From the NCBI GenBank assembly GCA_951406725.2, contig OX597816.1:135842001-135906000 (forward strand): 64,000 nucleotides of DNA. Reading direction: 5' to 3'. Made by a program: the position numbers and the translations under genes. The notes beneath the pieces are model-generated. The model was not told where the DNA came from, did no database searches, and saw nothing but the letters and a program-made list of their open reading frames with translations. Source of the stretch: Octopus vulgaris. Its lineage: Eukaryota. Below are positions 39,560-52,703 of the stretch, in pieces (within the stretch, counting starts at the first letter, position 1; each line of letters begins with the position of its first letter).

Positions 39560-40280
39560 ACATAACCAGGAACAAATGAAAGTGTCTCTGAAGGTCACTC
39601 AAACTGCTAGAAAAACAACAGCCAAATCCCCCTCTAGTTACCCTACAGTGCAAAAAAATAAAGGCATATTGAACAACAAAGTTAAGCCTAATATAGGATA
39701 GTCAGGATAGTCATGGCTGGAATATCTCTTTTTCATATTTCTACTAAACTAGTGCTAAATAACATTTAAAACAGCTAGGAACCAGAAATAGCAACCAAAT
39801 CTTCCTTAACTACACACCGTACCATTTTAAAAAGAAAGCTTATTGGACAATGAAGTTTAAATGACAAAAATACAGGATGGCCAGAGCTTGAATGCCTTAT
39901 GTCATAGGCCTGCTTGACCAGAACTAATCTGATCTGGAATCAAACAACTGAAGGACCCACTATGTGATATGTTGTCTTACAAGAAATAGCTACCAAGGCT
40001 CCCTCAAATCACACCTATCACCTTAACAACAGAAGGATACATTAACAGATGTAGGCCTTAATATAAAAAAGACAGAGAATCATGGCTAGAAGACAGTCAT
40101 CATGGGTTGCTCATGCAAGGTTCAAGTGGTCAAACCTCCCTCAAATTACACACTTTATATTCCTTAAACAAAACCTAAGAACATGTTATACAATGTAATC
40201 CTTTATATAAAAAGGCAGAATGGACACAGCTGGAAAGGATTTTTATCATAGCAGAGTTAAACAAAACCAACATCTACAGC
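39560..40280 (+). repeat. Four diverged tandem ~190 bp copies of a SINE-like segment
   Basis: Recurring AGAAATAGC..CCAA..CCCTCAAAT.ACAC...AGGAT.GTCATGGCTGGAA motif. Confidence 0.65.
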
Positions 40281-40439
40281 ATGTTGTGTATGAATGTGTG
40301 CATGTGCTTATGTGTATATATTTATGTATATGTAAATATATATATTGGGTTCAACCCCACATGGCACCTAGGGCAACTGCCTTCTACTATAGCCCCAGGA
40401 CTGCCTGAGGAAACAGAAACTGAAAGAAGCCCATAGTAT

Positions 40440-41275
<836 letters not shown>

Positions 41276-41585
41276 CTGTGAAGGCACATGGCTTAGTGGT
41301 TAGGGCATTCCGATCACGATCATAAGGTTATGAGTTCAATTCCTGGCAATGCGTTGTGTCCTTGAGCAAGACACTTTATTTCACATTGCTCCAGTCCACT
41401 CAGCTGGCAAAAATGAATAGTACCTGTATTTCAAAGGGCCAACCTCGTCACACTCTAAGAACTACATTAAGGGTCCATGTATCAGTGGGGTGCTTAGCCA
41501 CTTGGACATTAATTTCATGAGCAAGCTGTTCCGTTCATGGTATCAGTTGGAACCCTCGTTGTCGTAACCAACAGATTGCTCCTAC
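41276..41585 (+). mobile_element. tRNA-derived SINE family C
   Basis: TGGCTTAGTGGTTAGGGC (A box), GAGTTCAATTCC (B box), TTGTGTCCTTGAGCAAGACACTT. Confidence 0.8.
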
Positions 41586-41622
<37 letters not shown>

Positions 41623-41792
41623 CATGGTTGTGTAGTAAAAAGCTTGCTTCCTAACCACATGGTTCACGGTTCAGTCTTATTATGTGGCATCTTAGGCAAG
41701 TGTCTTCTACTATAGTCCCACGTTGATCGAAGCCTTGTCAGTGGATTTGATAAATAGAATCTGACAGAAGCCTGTCATATATGTATATATAT

Positions 41793-42092
41793 ATCACGTG
41801 ACCGACCAGGCTATCAGATGTTGCTACACATTGCTGGTCACAATGCGCTTCGCATTGTTTTAGCCTTCAAACAATGCCACCCCGCTGGCTAAGCGAGCAG
41901 GCCAACAGAAGAAAGAGTGAGAGAAGGTTGTGGCGAAAGAGTACAGCAGGGATCACCACCACCCCCTGCCAGAGCCTCGTGGAGCTTTAGGTGTTTACGC
42001 TCAATAAACACTCACAATGCGCGGTCTGGGAATTGAAACCGCGATCCTACGACCGCAAGTCTGCTGCCCTAATCACTGGGCCATTGTGCCTC

Positions 42093-42096
<4 letters not shown>
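41793..42096 (-). mobile_element. tRNA-derived SINE family D
   Basis: TGGCCCAGTGATTAGGGC..GGTTTCAATTCC; partial copy on + at 29190-29302. Confidence 0.8.
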
Positions 42097-42123
<27 letters not shown>

Positions 42124-43038
42124 GAGTGTGTGTGCGTGTGTGTGTCCCACCACCACTTGACAACTGGTGTTGGTGTGTTTACAAAAGAAACTTATAGAAT
42201 AAGTACCAGGCTTATAAAGAATAAGTCCTAAGGTCGATTTGTTCAACTGAAAAGACCCTTCAAGGTGGTGCCCCAGTGTGGCCACAGTTTATGACTGAAG
42301 CAAGTAAAAGATAAGAGAAAAAAGACATATATCTATACATATTTAGTCATCTAAGAATCTGTAAGTCAGAAAAATATGCACTCACATATTTGACAATAGA
42401 GTGGGTATATTCTTGAAAGTATGCAGTATAATAGATTCATTATAGCTGATCTTACCAAATGGTTTCATACTGGGTACTAAAACCCAGTTGTCATATAACA
42501 ACATGATTAACACCACACTCTTCAGAGATGGCAGATATTAAAAAAAATGGTGACTGCTCTCCATCATTGGAGGGGAAAAATATCACATCTGGCTTGTGGG
42601 TACCGTGAAAAAAAAAAACAAAGTTATGGGAGGTGACCTGAGGAAGGGTTAATATTATGAGTTATGTCCCTTGTCCCCATAGTCTGAGATGCAGTAAGGA
42701 GGCAAGAGTTTGCTGAAAATGTGTGCAGCAGGTATGGGTTGTTATTCGTGTAGGGTTGGAATGTATGTAGAGGTGATGGAAGGGAGGGTTGGTGTGTGAA
42801 CACTTAAACCCATGTTTAAGCACATATGTGCCTGTGTATTTTGTGTGGTTTGGTTAAACTCATTGCTGGCTTCTCAGGATATGATGGTGGCAGGACTAAA
42901 GGTGGGGAGCCTAATGAGTATGGCCATGGATGGAACCTGTAGGTATCATAATATACACCCTCTTTCTAGCAGCCAGACATCTACCTAAACTGCAGAAAAT
43001 ACATTTTTAGCCCTTGCCCGCATGAAAGACTATATATA

Positions 43039-43086
<48 letters not shown>

Positions 43087-43168
43087 TATGAATCCCAAAA
43101 TTAATAAATATAAAGTGCTTCTTAAAAATGAAACCACTAATGTCAAATATTTTCAGTGCATGAAACAA

Positions 43169-43473
43169 CTATGAGACTTCACTATTTTCCAATTGTTCCA
43201 ATATTTCATGCGTTCGTTTTCCCATCAAATGTCCATTTAGAAAAGGTTTCCTTGCACTGATAAAGGATTCTGCATGAAACACTATGGTGTATGGGTTAAT
43301 TGCAATAGACGTTCTTTGGTTTGGTTCCTTGACATTAAAACTCTGTTTCTGCTCAACTTGTCTCTCCACTGGTGATGTCCTTGGCACCATGATAGAATCA
43401 CTATCATGGAACATTTTGTTGATATGAGGGTTGTTGTTTTCATGTTTTTCCTTTTGTTTATATCCAAGGAAAA
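43169..43473 (-). CDS. Gene A putative last coding exon
   Basis: Acceptor TTTTCTCTATTTTAG|; open in phase 1, (V)FLGYKQKEKHENNNPHINKMFHDSD...LENSEVS*; total CDS 1035 nt = 344 aa plus stop. Confidence 0.65.
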
Positions 43474-43926
43474 CTAAAATAGAGAAAAGTAATATTGGAA
43501 ATTATATTTTATATTTTATATGATGGAAATTATATTTTAAAATAAATATAAATGCAAAAGCTACCATTTTTCTTTTTAATTTTTTTTTTTTGGTTGTGGG
43601 AGAGATTCCAAAGTTTGATTTTCTTTTAGTGATGGAAATTCTTTCTTTGGTAATAAACTTTTCATTTGGATTATCAATGAAATCACAAGGTTTATTTGAG
43701 ATCACCAATCAAAATTACAATCGGTGGCTATACATAAGATCATCAGCTCACCTTGTATTTAGTCTTGATAAACCTTAAAGTTAAACATATAACTAATCCA
43801 GCTAACGTGACATATACAGGAGCAAACACATGAACGCACTAAAATCAGGGGCATACGATAGAAATGAGAACTGTTGACAGTTAAAATGTCATAAATAATC
43901 ACATATAAATATATATGTAGATAAAT

Positions 43927-46043
43927 TAGAGAGAGAGTTAGCTTAGATGAGATGCAGTTTGGGTTCGTGCCAGGGAAAAGTACTACTGATGCTATATTCC
44001 TGGTAAGACAGCTGCAGGAGAAATACCTAGCCAAAGATAAGCCCCTGTGCCTGGCTTTTGTTGACATGGAGAAAGCTTTCGACAGGGTCCCCTGATCCCT
44101 TATCTGGTGGTCAATGAGGAAACTAGGGATAGATGAATGGTTAGTGAGAGCTGTACAAGCCATGTACATAGACGCTGCTAGTAAGGTGAGGGTTGGCAAC
44201 GAGTACAATGAAGAATTCCGGGTAGAGGTTGGGGTCCACCAAGGTTCAGTCCTCAGTCCCCTCCTATTTATCATAGTCCTCCAGGCAATAACGGAGGAAT
44301 TCAAGACAGGATGCCCCTGGGAGCTCCTCTATGCTGATGACCTTGCTCTAATTGCTGAGTCACTATCAGAACTGGAGGAGAAGTTTCAGATGTGGAAGCA
44401 AGGATTAGAATCGAAGGGCCTTAGAATCAACCTAGCCAAAACCAAAGTCCTAATAAGTAGGAAGGTAGACCAATCACAAATGCCTTCAGATAGATGGCCC
44501 TGCTCGATCTGTAAAAAAGGTGTAGGTAGAAACTCTATAAGGTGCACCAAGTGTAAGCTATGGACACATAAGAGGTGCAGCAATGTCAAAGGAAGGCTAA
44601 CTAGAAAAATAGCTTTTGTCTGTGGCAGATGCTCAGGAGCAATAAACACTGAAAATGTGCAGAGACCAACTTCTACCACGTTCCAGGGAGAAAAACTAGA
44701 AGTAGTTGTTAGCTTCCGCTACCTAGGTGACCAAGTCAGTAGCGGGGGTGGGTGTGCTGAAAGTGTAACTGCTAGAGTAAGAATAGCCAGGGCAAAGTTT
44801 AGAGAGCTCTTACCCCTGCTGGTGACAAAAGGCCTCTCGCTCAGAGTAAAAGGCAGACTGTATGATGCATGTGTACGTACAGCCATGCTACATGGTAGTG
44901 AAACATGGGCTGTGACTGCTGAGGATATGCGTAAGCTCACAAGAAATGAAGCCAGTATGCTCCGATGGATGTGTAATGTCAGTGTTCATAATCGACAGAG
45001 TGTAAGTACCTTGAGAGAAAAGTTGGACCTAAGAAGCATCAGTTGTGGTGTGCAAGAGAGATGTTTGCACTGGTATGGTCATGTAACGAGAATGGCTGAA
45101 GATAGTTGTGTGCAAAAGTGCCACACCCTAGCAGTTGAGGGAACCTGTGGAAGAGGTAGACCCAGGAAAATCTGGGACGATGTGGTGAAGCACGACCTTT
45201 GAACTTTAGGTCTCACCAAGGAAATGACTAGAGACCGAGACCTATGGAAGTATGCTGTGCGTGAGAAGACCCGGCAAGACTAGTGAGACCATAACCCAAG
45301 GCCTCTACCTGGTATGTAGCCAGTCGACTTACACATACCTTTCCTTCTTGGGACACAAAACTCCACTTGTGAAGACCCATTGAGGCAAGTGAAAATCAAA
45401 ATCAAAATCAAACCAAACCAAATCAAATCAGATATCAGAAAGCAGAACCAAAATCGAAGTCGATCAACATCAATGGAAATTGCAGCTGTGATACCAGTGC
45501 TGGTGACAAGCGAACCATCTGATCGTGGCCGTGGCCAGCTCCGCCCCGACTGGCCTCCGTGCCGGTGGCATGTAAAAAGCACCATCCGATCGTGGCCGTT
45601 GCCAGCCTCACTTGGCCCCCGTGCCGGTGGCACGTAGCACCATCCATTCGTGGCCGTTGCCAGCCTCGCCTGGCCCCCGTGCCGGTGGCACATAAAAGCA
45701 CCATCCGTTCGTGGCCGTTGCCAGCCTCACCTGGTCCCCGTGCTGGTGGCACGTAAAAAGCACCATCCGATCGTGGCTGTTGCCAGCCTCGCCGGTGGCA
45801 CGTAAAAAAGCACCATCCGTCCGTGGTCGTTTGCCAGCTCCGTCTGGCACCTATGCGGGTGGCACGTAAAAAGTACCCACTACACTCACGGAGTGGTTGG
45901 CGTTAGGAAGGGCATCCAGCCGTAGAAACACTGCCAGATCAGACTGGGCCTGATGCAGCCTTCTGGCTTCCCAGACCCCAGTTGAACTGTCCAACCCATG
46001 CTAGCATGGAAAGCGGACGCTAAATGATGATGATGATGATGAT
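43927..46043 (+). mobile_element. 5'-truncated RTE-clade LINE with a PHD-like finger after the RT core, tandem 3' repeats and a (GAT)n tail
   Basis: QFGF.PGKSTTDA, AFVDMEKAFDRV, GVHQGSVLSP, LLYADD, FRYLG; CSIC..C..C..H..C..CGRC; premature TGA at 44093 and 45200; antisense within the last intron of gene A. Confidence 0.95.
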
Positions 46044-46972
46044 AAAGATTTGTTATATATTTCTCATAGCCACTTCATATATAATATACCAGATTTTATT
46101 ATATTTGCAATAGATGCTAATATCAAACTCTTTGGTGTTTTTTTGTTCTTGTACTTGTTGGTTAGAGGCATAGGTGGGGCTGTGTGATTAAGAAATTTGT
46201 TTCCCAGTCTCATGGTTTCAGATTTTGTCCCACTATGTGACACCTTGGGCAAGTGTTATCTACTATAGTCCAGACCAACCAAAGACTTGTGAGTGGATTT
46301 GCTAGATGGAAACAGAAAGAAGCCCATCATACATGTAAGTGTGTGTGTTTGTATATGTGAGAATATGTATATATATATATATATGTGTGCATGTGTGTAT
46401 GAGTGTATGTATGTTACCATGTATTAGTTGTAAACCAAGTGTTGCTGTCATACAAACAGTGTCATTCATTTTTAATATTCTGTACTATGGGGAAATAATA
46501 CCTTGTTTGGAAATAGGAAGGGAATGGTGGCGAGAAAAGCATCCAGCTGGAGAAAACCTGCCACAATAAACTTTGTACAACCCACACAAGCATGGAATGT
46601 GGATGTCAAAATGATATCAGCTTTGTCACTATGGCTACGAAATGATATCTTATTCACATAAACATCTGTCAGTTTACAACCAAGAAATTTTCTTTCTGTA
46701 ACAGTCATCATTGGTCTTCTTAATGTTATTAAGTCAAGCTGCTTTAACCTTTTCACTGGCAAATTAAATTTTATGGTTATTCCAGTAATGAATTCATATT
46801 TTCTGCAAGTCACATTGCCTCAATAATCTTGATATATCTTAACAGAAAATAGTTTCCAATATGACATTCCTCAACAAAAGACAGATTGGTATATAAAAAT
46901 GTTTGCTGCAGTTAAAGAAATTTTGAGTGGACATATAAGATTTCTGTAGTAAATAATAATAATAATAATAAT

Positions 46973-47390
46973 TTGTCAGAGATCATGAAGGAAAAAAAAA
47001 GCTTTCTAATTGATGTATCAATACCAGCAGATGACAATGTGTCTCTAAAAGAAATGGAGAAACTTTCAAAACACAAAGACTTGGAAATAGAGGTAACTCG
47101 AATGTGGAATATAAAAACAGAAATAATTCCTATCATAGTAGGCGCATTAGGTATGATAAAAAAAATATTCAGACAAATACATAACAAAAACACCAGAACT
47201 TACAAATATATATAACATACAGAAAATTGCACTACTGTGCACTGCACACATCCTACGCAAAACACTTTCAATACAGTAACCATCAGAGCATCACAACAAA
47301 TCACAGCACATACCCAAAGCACACAGAGCTGCGCTCGGTAGTGAAGTGAAAGCACGTTATAAAAATAAAACTACCGAATAATAATAATAA
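46973..47390 (+). mobile_element. R4/Dong-like LINE 3' end (restriction-like endonuclease) within (TAA)n
   Basis: FLIDVSIPADDNVSLKEMEKLSKHKDLEIEVTRMW..IIPIIVGALG; (AAT)n on both sides. Confidence 0.85.
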
Positions 47391-47484
47391 CAATATCACT
47401 AAATAACAATAAAGCTGGATGGCTACCAGAGCATCAATACTTTTCAATTAGTGAAAAGAGCAATATAAAAAAAATCTTCTAAAC

Positions 47485-47587
47485 CTGCACTCTTTGGTCT
47501 GTTGGTATTCTTTATAAATTGTTTCCTTGGAACAACTGCACTAACAGGACGTCTCAGCTTTATACGGTAGGTATTTGTCAAATTTTT
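47485..47587 (-). CDS. Gene A exon 6
   Basis: Acceptor TTAAATTTCCAG|, weaker donor CAG|GTTTAG; 103 nt, phase 0 to 1, KNLTNTYRIKLRRPVSAVVPRKQFIKNTNRPKSA, containing two RPxSA motifs. Confidence 0.75.
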
Positions 47588-47774
47588 CTGGAAATTTAAG
47601 AAAAAGAAATTGTTTTAACATTTCCTTATTTTTAACCTCTAATCGTAAATTAAACTAAGAGACAGTTATCTATTTAATCACCCTTAAGTTTTTCTTGTTT
47701 TGAAATGCTAAATAAAAAGTATCATACTCAAAGTGAAATGTACCAATCCAAAGGCTATAGCAATAAAGTTTTAA

Positions 47775-47996
47775 CCCTTTGCCTGTTCAAAGCATTTTCG
47801 TAAGTTTGTAGTAAATGTCCGTACTTGTTTTCAGGCGTTTAGTTAGCCCTTGTTTCATACATTCTGAGTGATATAAAACTTTCTGTTCATAAGTCACAAT
47901 TTATTCCAGTGGTTGAAAAAAAATTGGAAATGTGTAACACATAAGATGCATGGATGCCAAAGAAACAGGTCTTGTGTATCAAGTACAGGCAAAGGG
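47775..47996. mobile_element. piggyBac-type MITE
   Basis: TTAA-CCCTTTGCCTG ... CAGGCAAAGGG-TTAA. Confidence 0.85.
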
Positions 47997-48352
47997 TTAA
48001 GTTTTAATCAGCAGAGACAACTTGAAACAGAATACATTTTTTACTTGTTTCAGTCACTGAACTGAGGCCATACAGGAGCAATGCCTTGTAGGGTTAATTG
48101 AAGAAATTAAACTCAGTATTTCTTTTTTTAAAGTCTGGTACTTTAAAAAAGGGTGTGGGAGGTGTGAGCCCATGAGACCCTGGGATGGGGACAGCAGCGT
48201 CATGTACCTGAAAAGAAAGCTCACATTTGGCAGAATTCATAAACAAACAATATCCTTCAACCTGCATACACTATACCATCATTTTTATGCGCTACATGAT
48301 CACTACTTTACATAGGAGATAAACCCTAAGTAGGGGTGGGGATGGAGTTAAG

Positions 48353-48655
48353 CCTTTATAAGTGTTCATAGGAGACAACCAAAAGATGTCAGAAGATAGG
48401 GACTTCCAGTACAGGTGATGGGGTTGGGAGGCCTTTAGAAGTCTTCATGGGAGACAACCAAAAGATGTCAGCGGATAGGGACTTCCAGTACAGGTGATGG
48501 GAGGCCTTTAGAAGTTTTCATAGGAGACAACCAAAAGATGTCAGAGGATAGGGACTTCCAGTATAGGTGATGGGGTTGGGAGGCCTTTAGAAGTTTTCAT
48601 GGGAGACAACCAAAAGATGTCAGAAGATAGGGACTTCTGGTACAGGTGGTGGGGT
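48353..48655. repeat. Minisatellite, about 4 x 72-79 bp
   Basis: GGAGACAACCAAAAGATGTCAG..GATAGGGACTTC..GTACAGGTGATG repeated four times. Confidence 0.9.
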
Positions 48656-49556
48656 GAGAGGGTGGGCGTACTGCAAAATTAGAGAAGAATGTCTTCAGGA
48701 TTTGTATTCTTTTGGCAGAGTTATTAAAATGAAGTAGTGGAATCCAAGTGAGCTAGTTTATATAGGGTGGGGTAATGGAGGAGGGGGAACTGTTAGAGAA
48801 GCAAGTGGTTATATATACATATATATACACACACACACGCACTGCAAAGCTGGCAGCTCACAGCGGACTTTTATCCCACTCAAACTTCACCTGTTATCTC
48901 CAGAGGTAATGAACCTCATGTAAACGGAGCTTATAACGAACCACGCGCTGCCATAAAGATGGTTACTGGGAGCAAGCTACATGAACAAGAACTAAAAATA
49001 AACAACTACAGAATTACACTCGGCTTGTAAACTTCTTTGTGTTCCAGATCCTTAAGACTACAGAGATAATTGTAATGGAAGAAGGAGATACTCCACAGGT
49101 ATCACAAGCCTTCAATTCCATTATAATTTGTTTTAAGTGCTGTTTAGCTTCAGATAAGCTCTGACTGAATTGAGTTAACTTATGATTAAAGGGATCCCAG
49201 TTATGACCAACCTGTCTTAGAAGGAAAATAAATAAATAAATAAGCAGATAATAAAACAAAAATAAAAGACAGGTACAAACAGTGTAGTAAGCAAACCCAT
49301 ATTCATGCACACAAAGCACATGTGCTAAACACATAGACACATGCACGCACGCACACACAAACACTTGCGCAGATAAGGATGCATAAAAAATTTCAGGCCT
49401 TGTGCCTAGAGTAGAAAAGAATATTAATATTGTGCTGTTTTACATTTAATGAAACTGATGAAATGAATGTTGTCTGCATTGTAAATGATTGCATCCGAAT
49501 TTCTAAATGATCTCAAATGATGTCAGTATAATCAAAGTCAGTATAATTCAACTTAC

Positions 49557-49685
49557 ACAGTTGGTAATAGGTACTTTGTTAATGGAAGGTGCAGGCTGTA
49601 TTGAGAGATTTTCCAAAGCTAAACTATTAATGTCTGTAGTTGATGGTTTTGACTCTACTTCATTCATTCTGTTTTGTTTCAAATC
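49557..49685 (-). CDS. Gene A exon 5
   Basis: Acceptor TATTTTACTTTCAG|, donor TGT|GTAAGT; 129 nt open, phase 0 to 0, DLKQNRMNEVESKPSTTDINSLALENLSIQPAPSINKVPITNC. Confidence 0.8.
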
Positions 49686-51070
49686 CTGAAAGTAAAATAG
49701 AAAAGATATATCTTTTATCTTTTACTTGTTTCAATCATCAGACTGTAGCCATACAGGGGAAGTCTCTTGAAGAATTTTAGTCAAAGGAATCGACCCCAGT
49801 CCTTATTTTTATTTTAAGCCTAGTACTTATTCTATCAGTCTTTTTTTACTGAGCCACTAAGTCACAGGGATGTAAACACACCAATACCAGCTATCAAGCA
49901 GTGATGGGGGACAGACACAAAAAGACACACACACAGACATGATACAAAATATAATACAAAGTTGAGAATGGTAGAAGATTCTGCTCATGCTCCACTGTTA
50001 GTGTGGGAGTTTTTGTCAGAGCCAATAGGAGCTGTGAAAATTGAAGTGACTGAAAACTTCAGAGAGGAGTGATGGCTGAAAGAAATTTGAACAGTTCTTG
50101 GTATACAGAGGAATTTGGACAGTGGTAGAAACAATGAAAAGTAAGTAATGAGAGTCTTCTACAGTCAGGTTGTCTCCATAAAGAAGGATTGCATATGATT
50201 TTGATGTGGATTTTAAAGATAAAATAGAGTGTAAGTCAGACATAGGCAATTTTTTTTTAAATGAGACAAGGCTCATCATTAGCCAAGCCATACTACTAAA
50301 GCAATTCAAGGCCATTCTTGGCTGGGTGTGCTGTTTAGAAAGTCACATAGACTACAGACTGTCCATATAGGTACTAGTGAGCAGAAAAAGAAAGAACATG
50401 TGTAAATGGATTGGTTGATTGTTCCAAAACTCATACTTTGTTTTAAAAGTGGGTGCATGTAGTCATGTGTGCACATACAAGAAAGTCTTACATACACACA
50501 CACACATACCCCCTCACGCACACACAGGATGGCAAGTTAAAAGAAGCCAAGTCCAACCACTTAGGATAAGGAACTCAAAGACAAGTATAAAAACAAATAA
50601 ATATTTAATATATAGAAACCTGTAGGATGAGTAGTACCAATCACCATAATATTGTTATACTATAAATACAATTTACTACATTGAAGATAATAGTGACATT
50701 TTTGTAAGTAAACAATAGCATGGATAGTCCTGGTAGTATGTAGGCATTTCAAATCACCTAACTACCATGAATAGACCCTCAGACAATGCGTAAGATTGGA
50801 TCAGAGTCAAATAGTTAGTTATCTCGTTCTATGTAGTCACTGGAGTAGAACCCTAGTATTGGTTACAGTCAGTGTATGATAAATAGTGTGCATCATCTTA
50901 TCCAATGTTAAACTTATCATGCATAACTATCTACCACAAAATTAACATTTTCCTTTTCTACAATGATTATTAATTGCTCATATAGGAACTATAAGAAAAA
51001 TAATAGTGGTACTAGTTGACAGTATTTAAAATATTGAAGCTAACAGTGATTAGTAAAATGAATCACTTGC

Positions 51071-51301
51071 CTTGGATTGTTGTTGGTTACAAGAACTTTT
51101 CCTTGATACTGATTTCATAGGTTTACAACAGCCAAATTGACTTATTAGCTGATGATGATCCAACATTGTGTTCTGAAAGAAGTCATATCTCTGTTGCAAA
51201 TGTTCGAGTTGCTTTATTTTGATTTTCTTTCGCTCTTCCTTTTCATTTTTATGTAACAGCAATTGTGTGATTGTTTCCCAGTTCTTTAGTACTTGCAATG
51301 A
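51071..51301 (-). CDS. Gene A exon 4 (ends at a GC donor)
   Basis: Acceptor ATATTGCAG|; 231 nt, phase 0 to 0, SLQVLKNWETITQLLLHKNEKEERKKIKIKQLEHLQQRYDFFQNTMLDHHQLISQF...QQQSK; donor AAG|GCAAGT. Confidence 0.8.
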
Positions 51302-52498
51302 CTGCAATATTTTACAATGAAAACTAATGGACAAGATTCTACTTAAATGATCAGGCAAAAAAGCAATCAGTTTAATTGTGTTCCTGCAATTACAACATCA
51401 ATGCAGTGCAGCCATGCTGATCCATAACAAGCTACATCTGAAAATAGATGTGCTATTCTAAAAACGTCACAACAAAAGGTTTATAGATCCACAGTTAATT
51501 TAATTGTCATTGGATCATTTTTCAGGGAACCTTTTAGCATAAAGGAAATATAATATGTTGCCTAATATATCACTTTTCCTGTTTTATTATATGCTTTGGA
51601 CATTTGTACTTAACAGTGTCAATTTTTCCATTTATTTTATCTTTTGTAAGTTAATAATTTTGCTCAGTTGTTTTTATTCTTTTTTAATTATTGTTTTTTT
51701 CCTTTTAAACAATACCCTGTATTCTTTTGGTATTTGAGCTTTAATAGTGTCACTTTATCCATTTTTTTTTATCAATGCCTAGACATAAATGCATAAAATT
51801 CATTGGTCACCAATGGACAGTATAATTATCACATAAATCAACTTGACTATAGATAAAGATATGGCTTTGAAACCACATGATTTTAGATTCAGTCCCACTG
51901 TGTAGAATCTTGGACAAGTTTCTCCCACTGTAACCTCATGGCCAACAATGATTTGTGGGTGAATTTGGTATATGGAAATTATGCAGTAGCCCATCATATA
52001 TATGTGATGGGGAGGCACATGTGTGCATGTGTGTGTGTATATGTGTATGTGTGTGTGTGTGTGTCTGCATGTATCTTTGTATTTGTCCCATCACCACTTG
52101 ACAAAGGGTGTTGGTTTGTTTATACCACTGTGATTTAGCAGTTTGATATAAGAGACTGATACATTAAGTACCAAAATCAAAAAATAATTACTGGAGTTAA
52201 TTTCTTTGACTAAACCCTTCAATGTGCTGCCACATAAATGATAGAAGATAAACAAGTCACAAGAGCAGACTATACAAAATCTTACATTATATTTCAGGTA
52301 CATAATATTCATTCATGGACAATTATATGCTGCTCTATCAAGGACAAGCAAAGGAACATTTGCTATTATTTCGAATTCTGACAAGATCAAAAACATTTTT
52401 ATTTCCACTATTGACAACAAAACACCTGTGAGTTTATACTGTGTTTGTACCAGAATCACAAGTCTGTGTCCAGAAAAATAATTAATATATGTATTATA

Positions 52499-52554
<56 letters not shown>

Positions 52555-52703
52555 TGTTAGGAAGGGCATCCAGCTGTAAAAACCCTGCCAAAACAGACAA
52601 AGAAGTTTGGTGCAGGCTCCTGTCAAACTGTCCAACCCATGCCAGCATGGAAGGTGATTGTTAAATGATGATGATGATACACACACACACACACATGTGC
52701 ATA

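Noticed and set aside
43752-43773. 22-nt micro-exon candidate (TTTAAG|...|GTGAGC) in gene A
   Set aside because: Inclusion shifts the last exon into a frame with an early stop; possible poison exon but unsupported.
45280-45850. GC-rich ORFs and CRISPR-like periodicity
   Set aside because: Tandem repeats in the RTE 3' region with no unique spacers or cas genes; eukaryotic context.
51368-51437. Alternative acceptor TATTTTCAG at 51438
   Set aside because: Phase 1 reading hits TGA after 23 codons; the 51301 acceptor gives a continuous frame.
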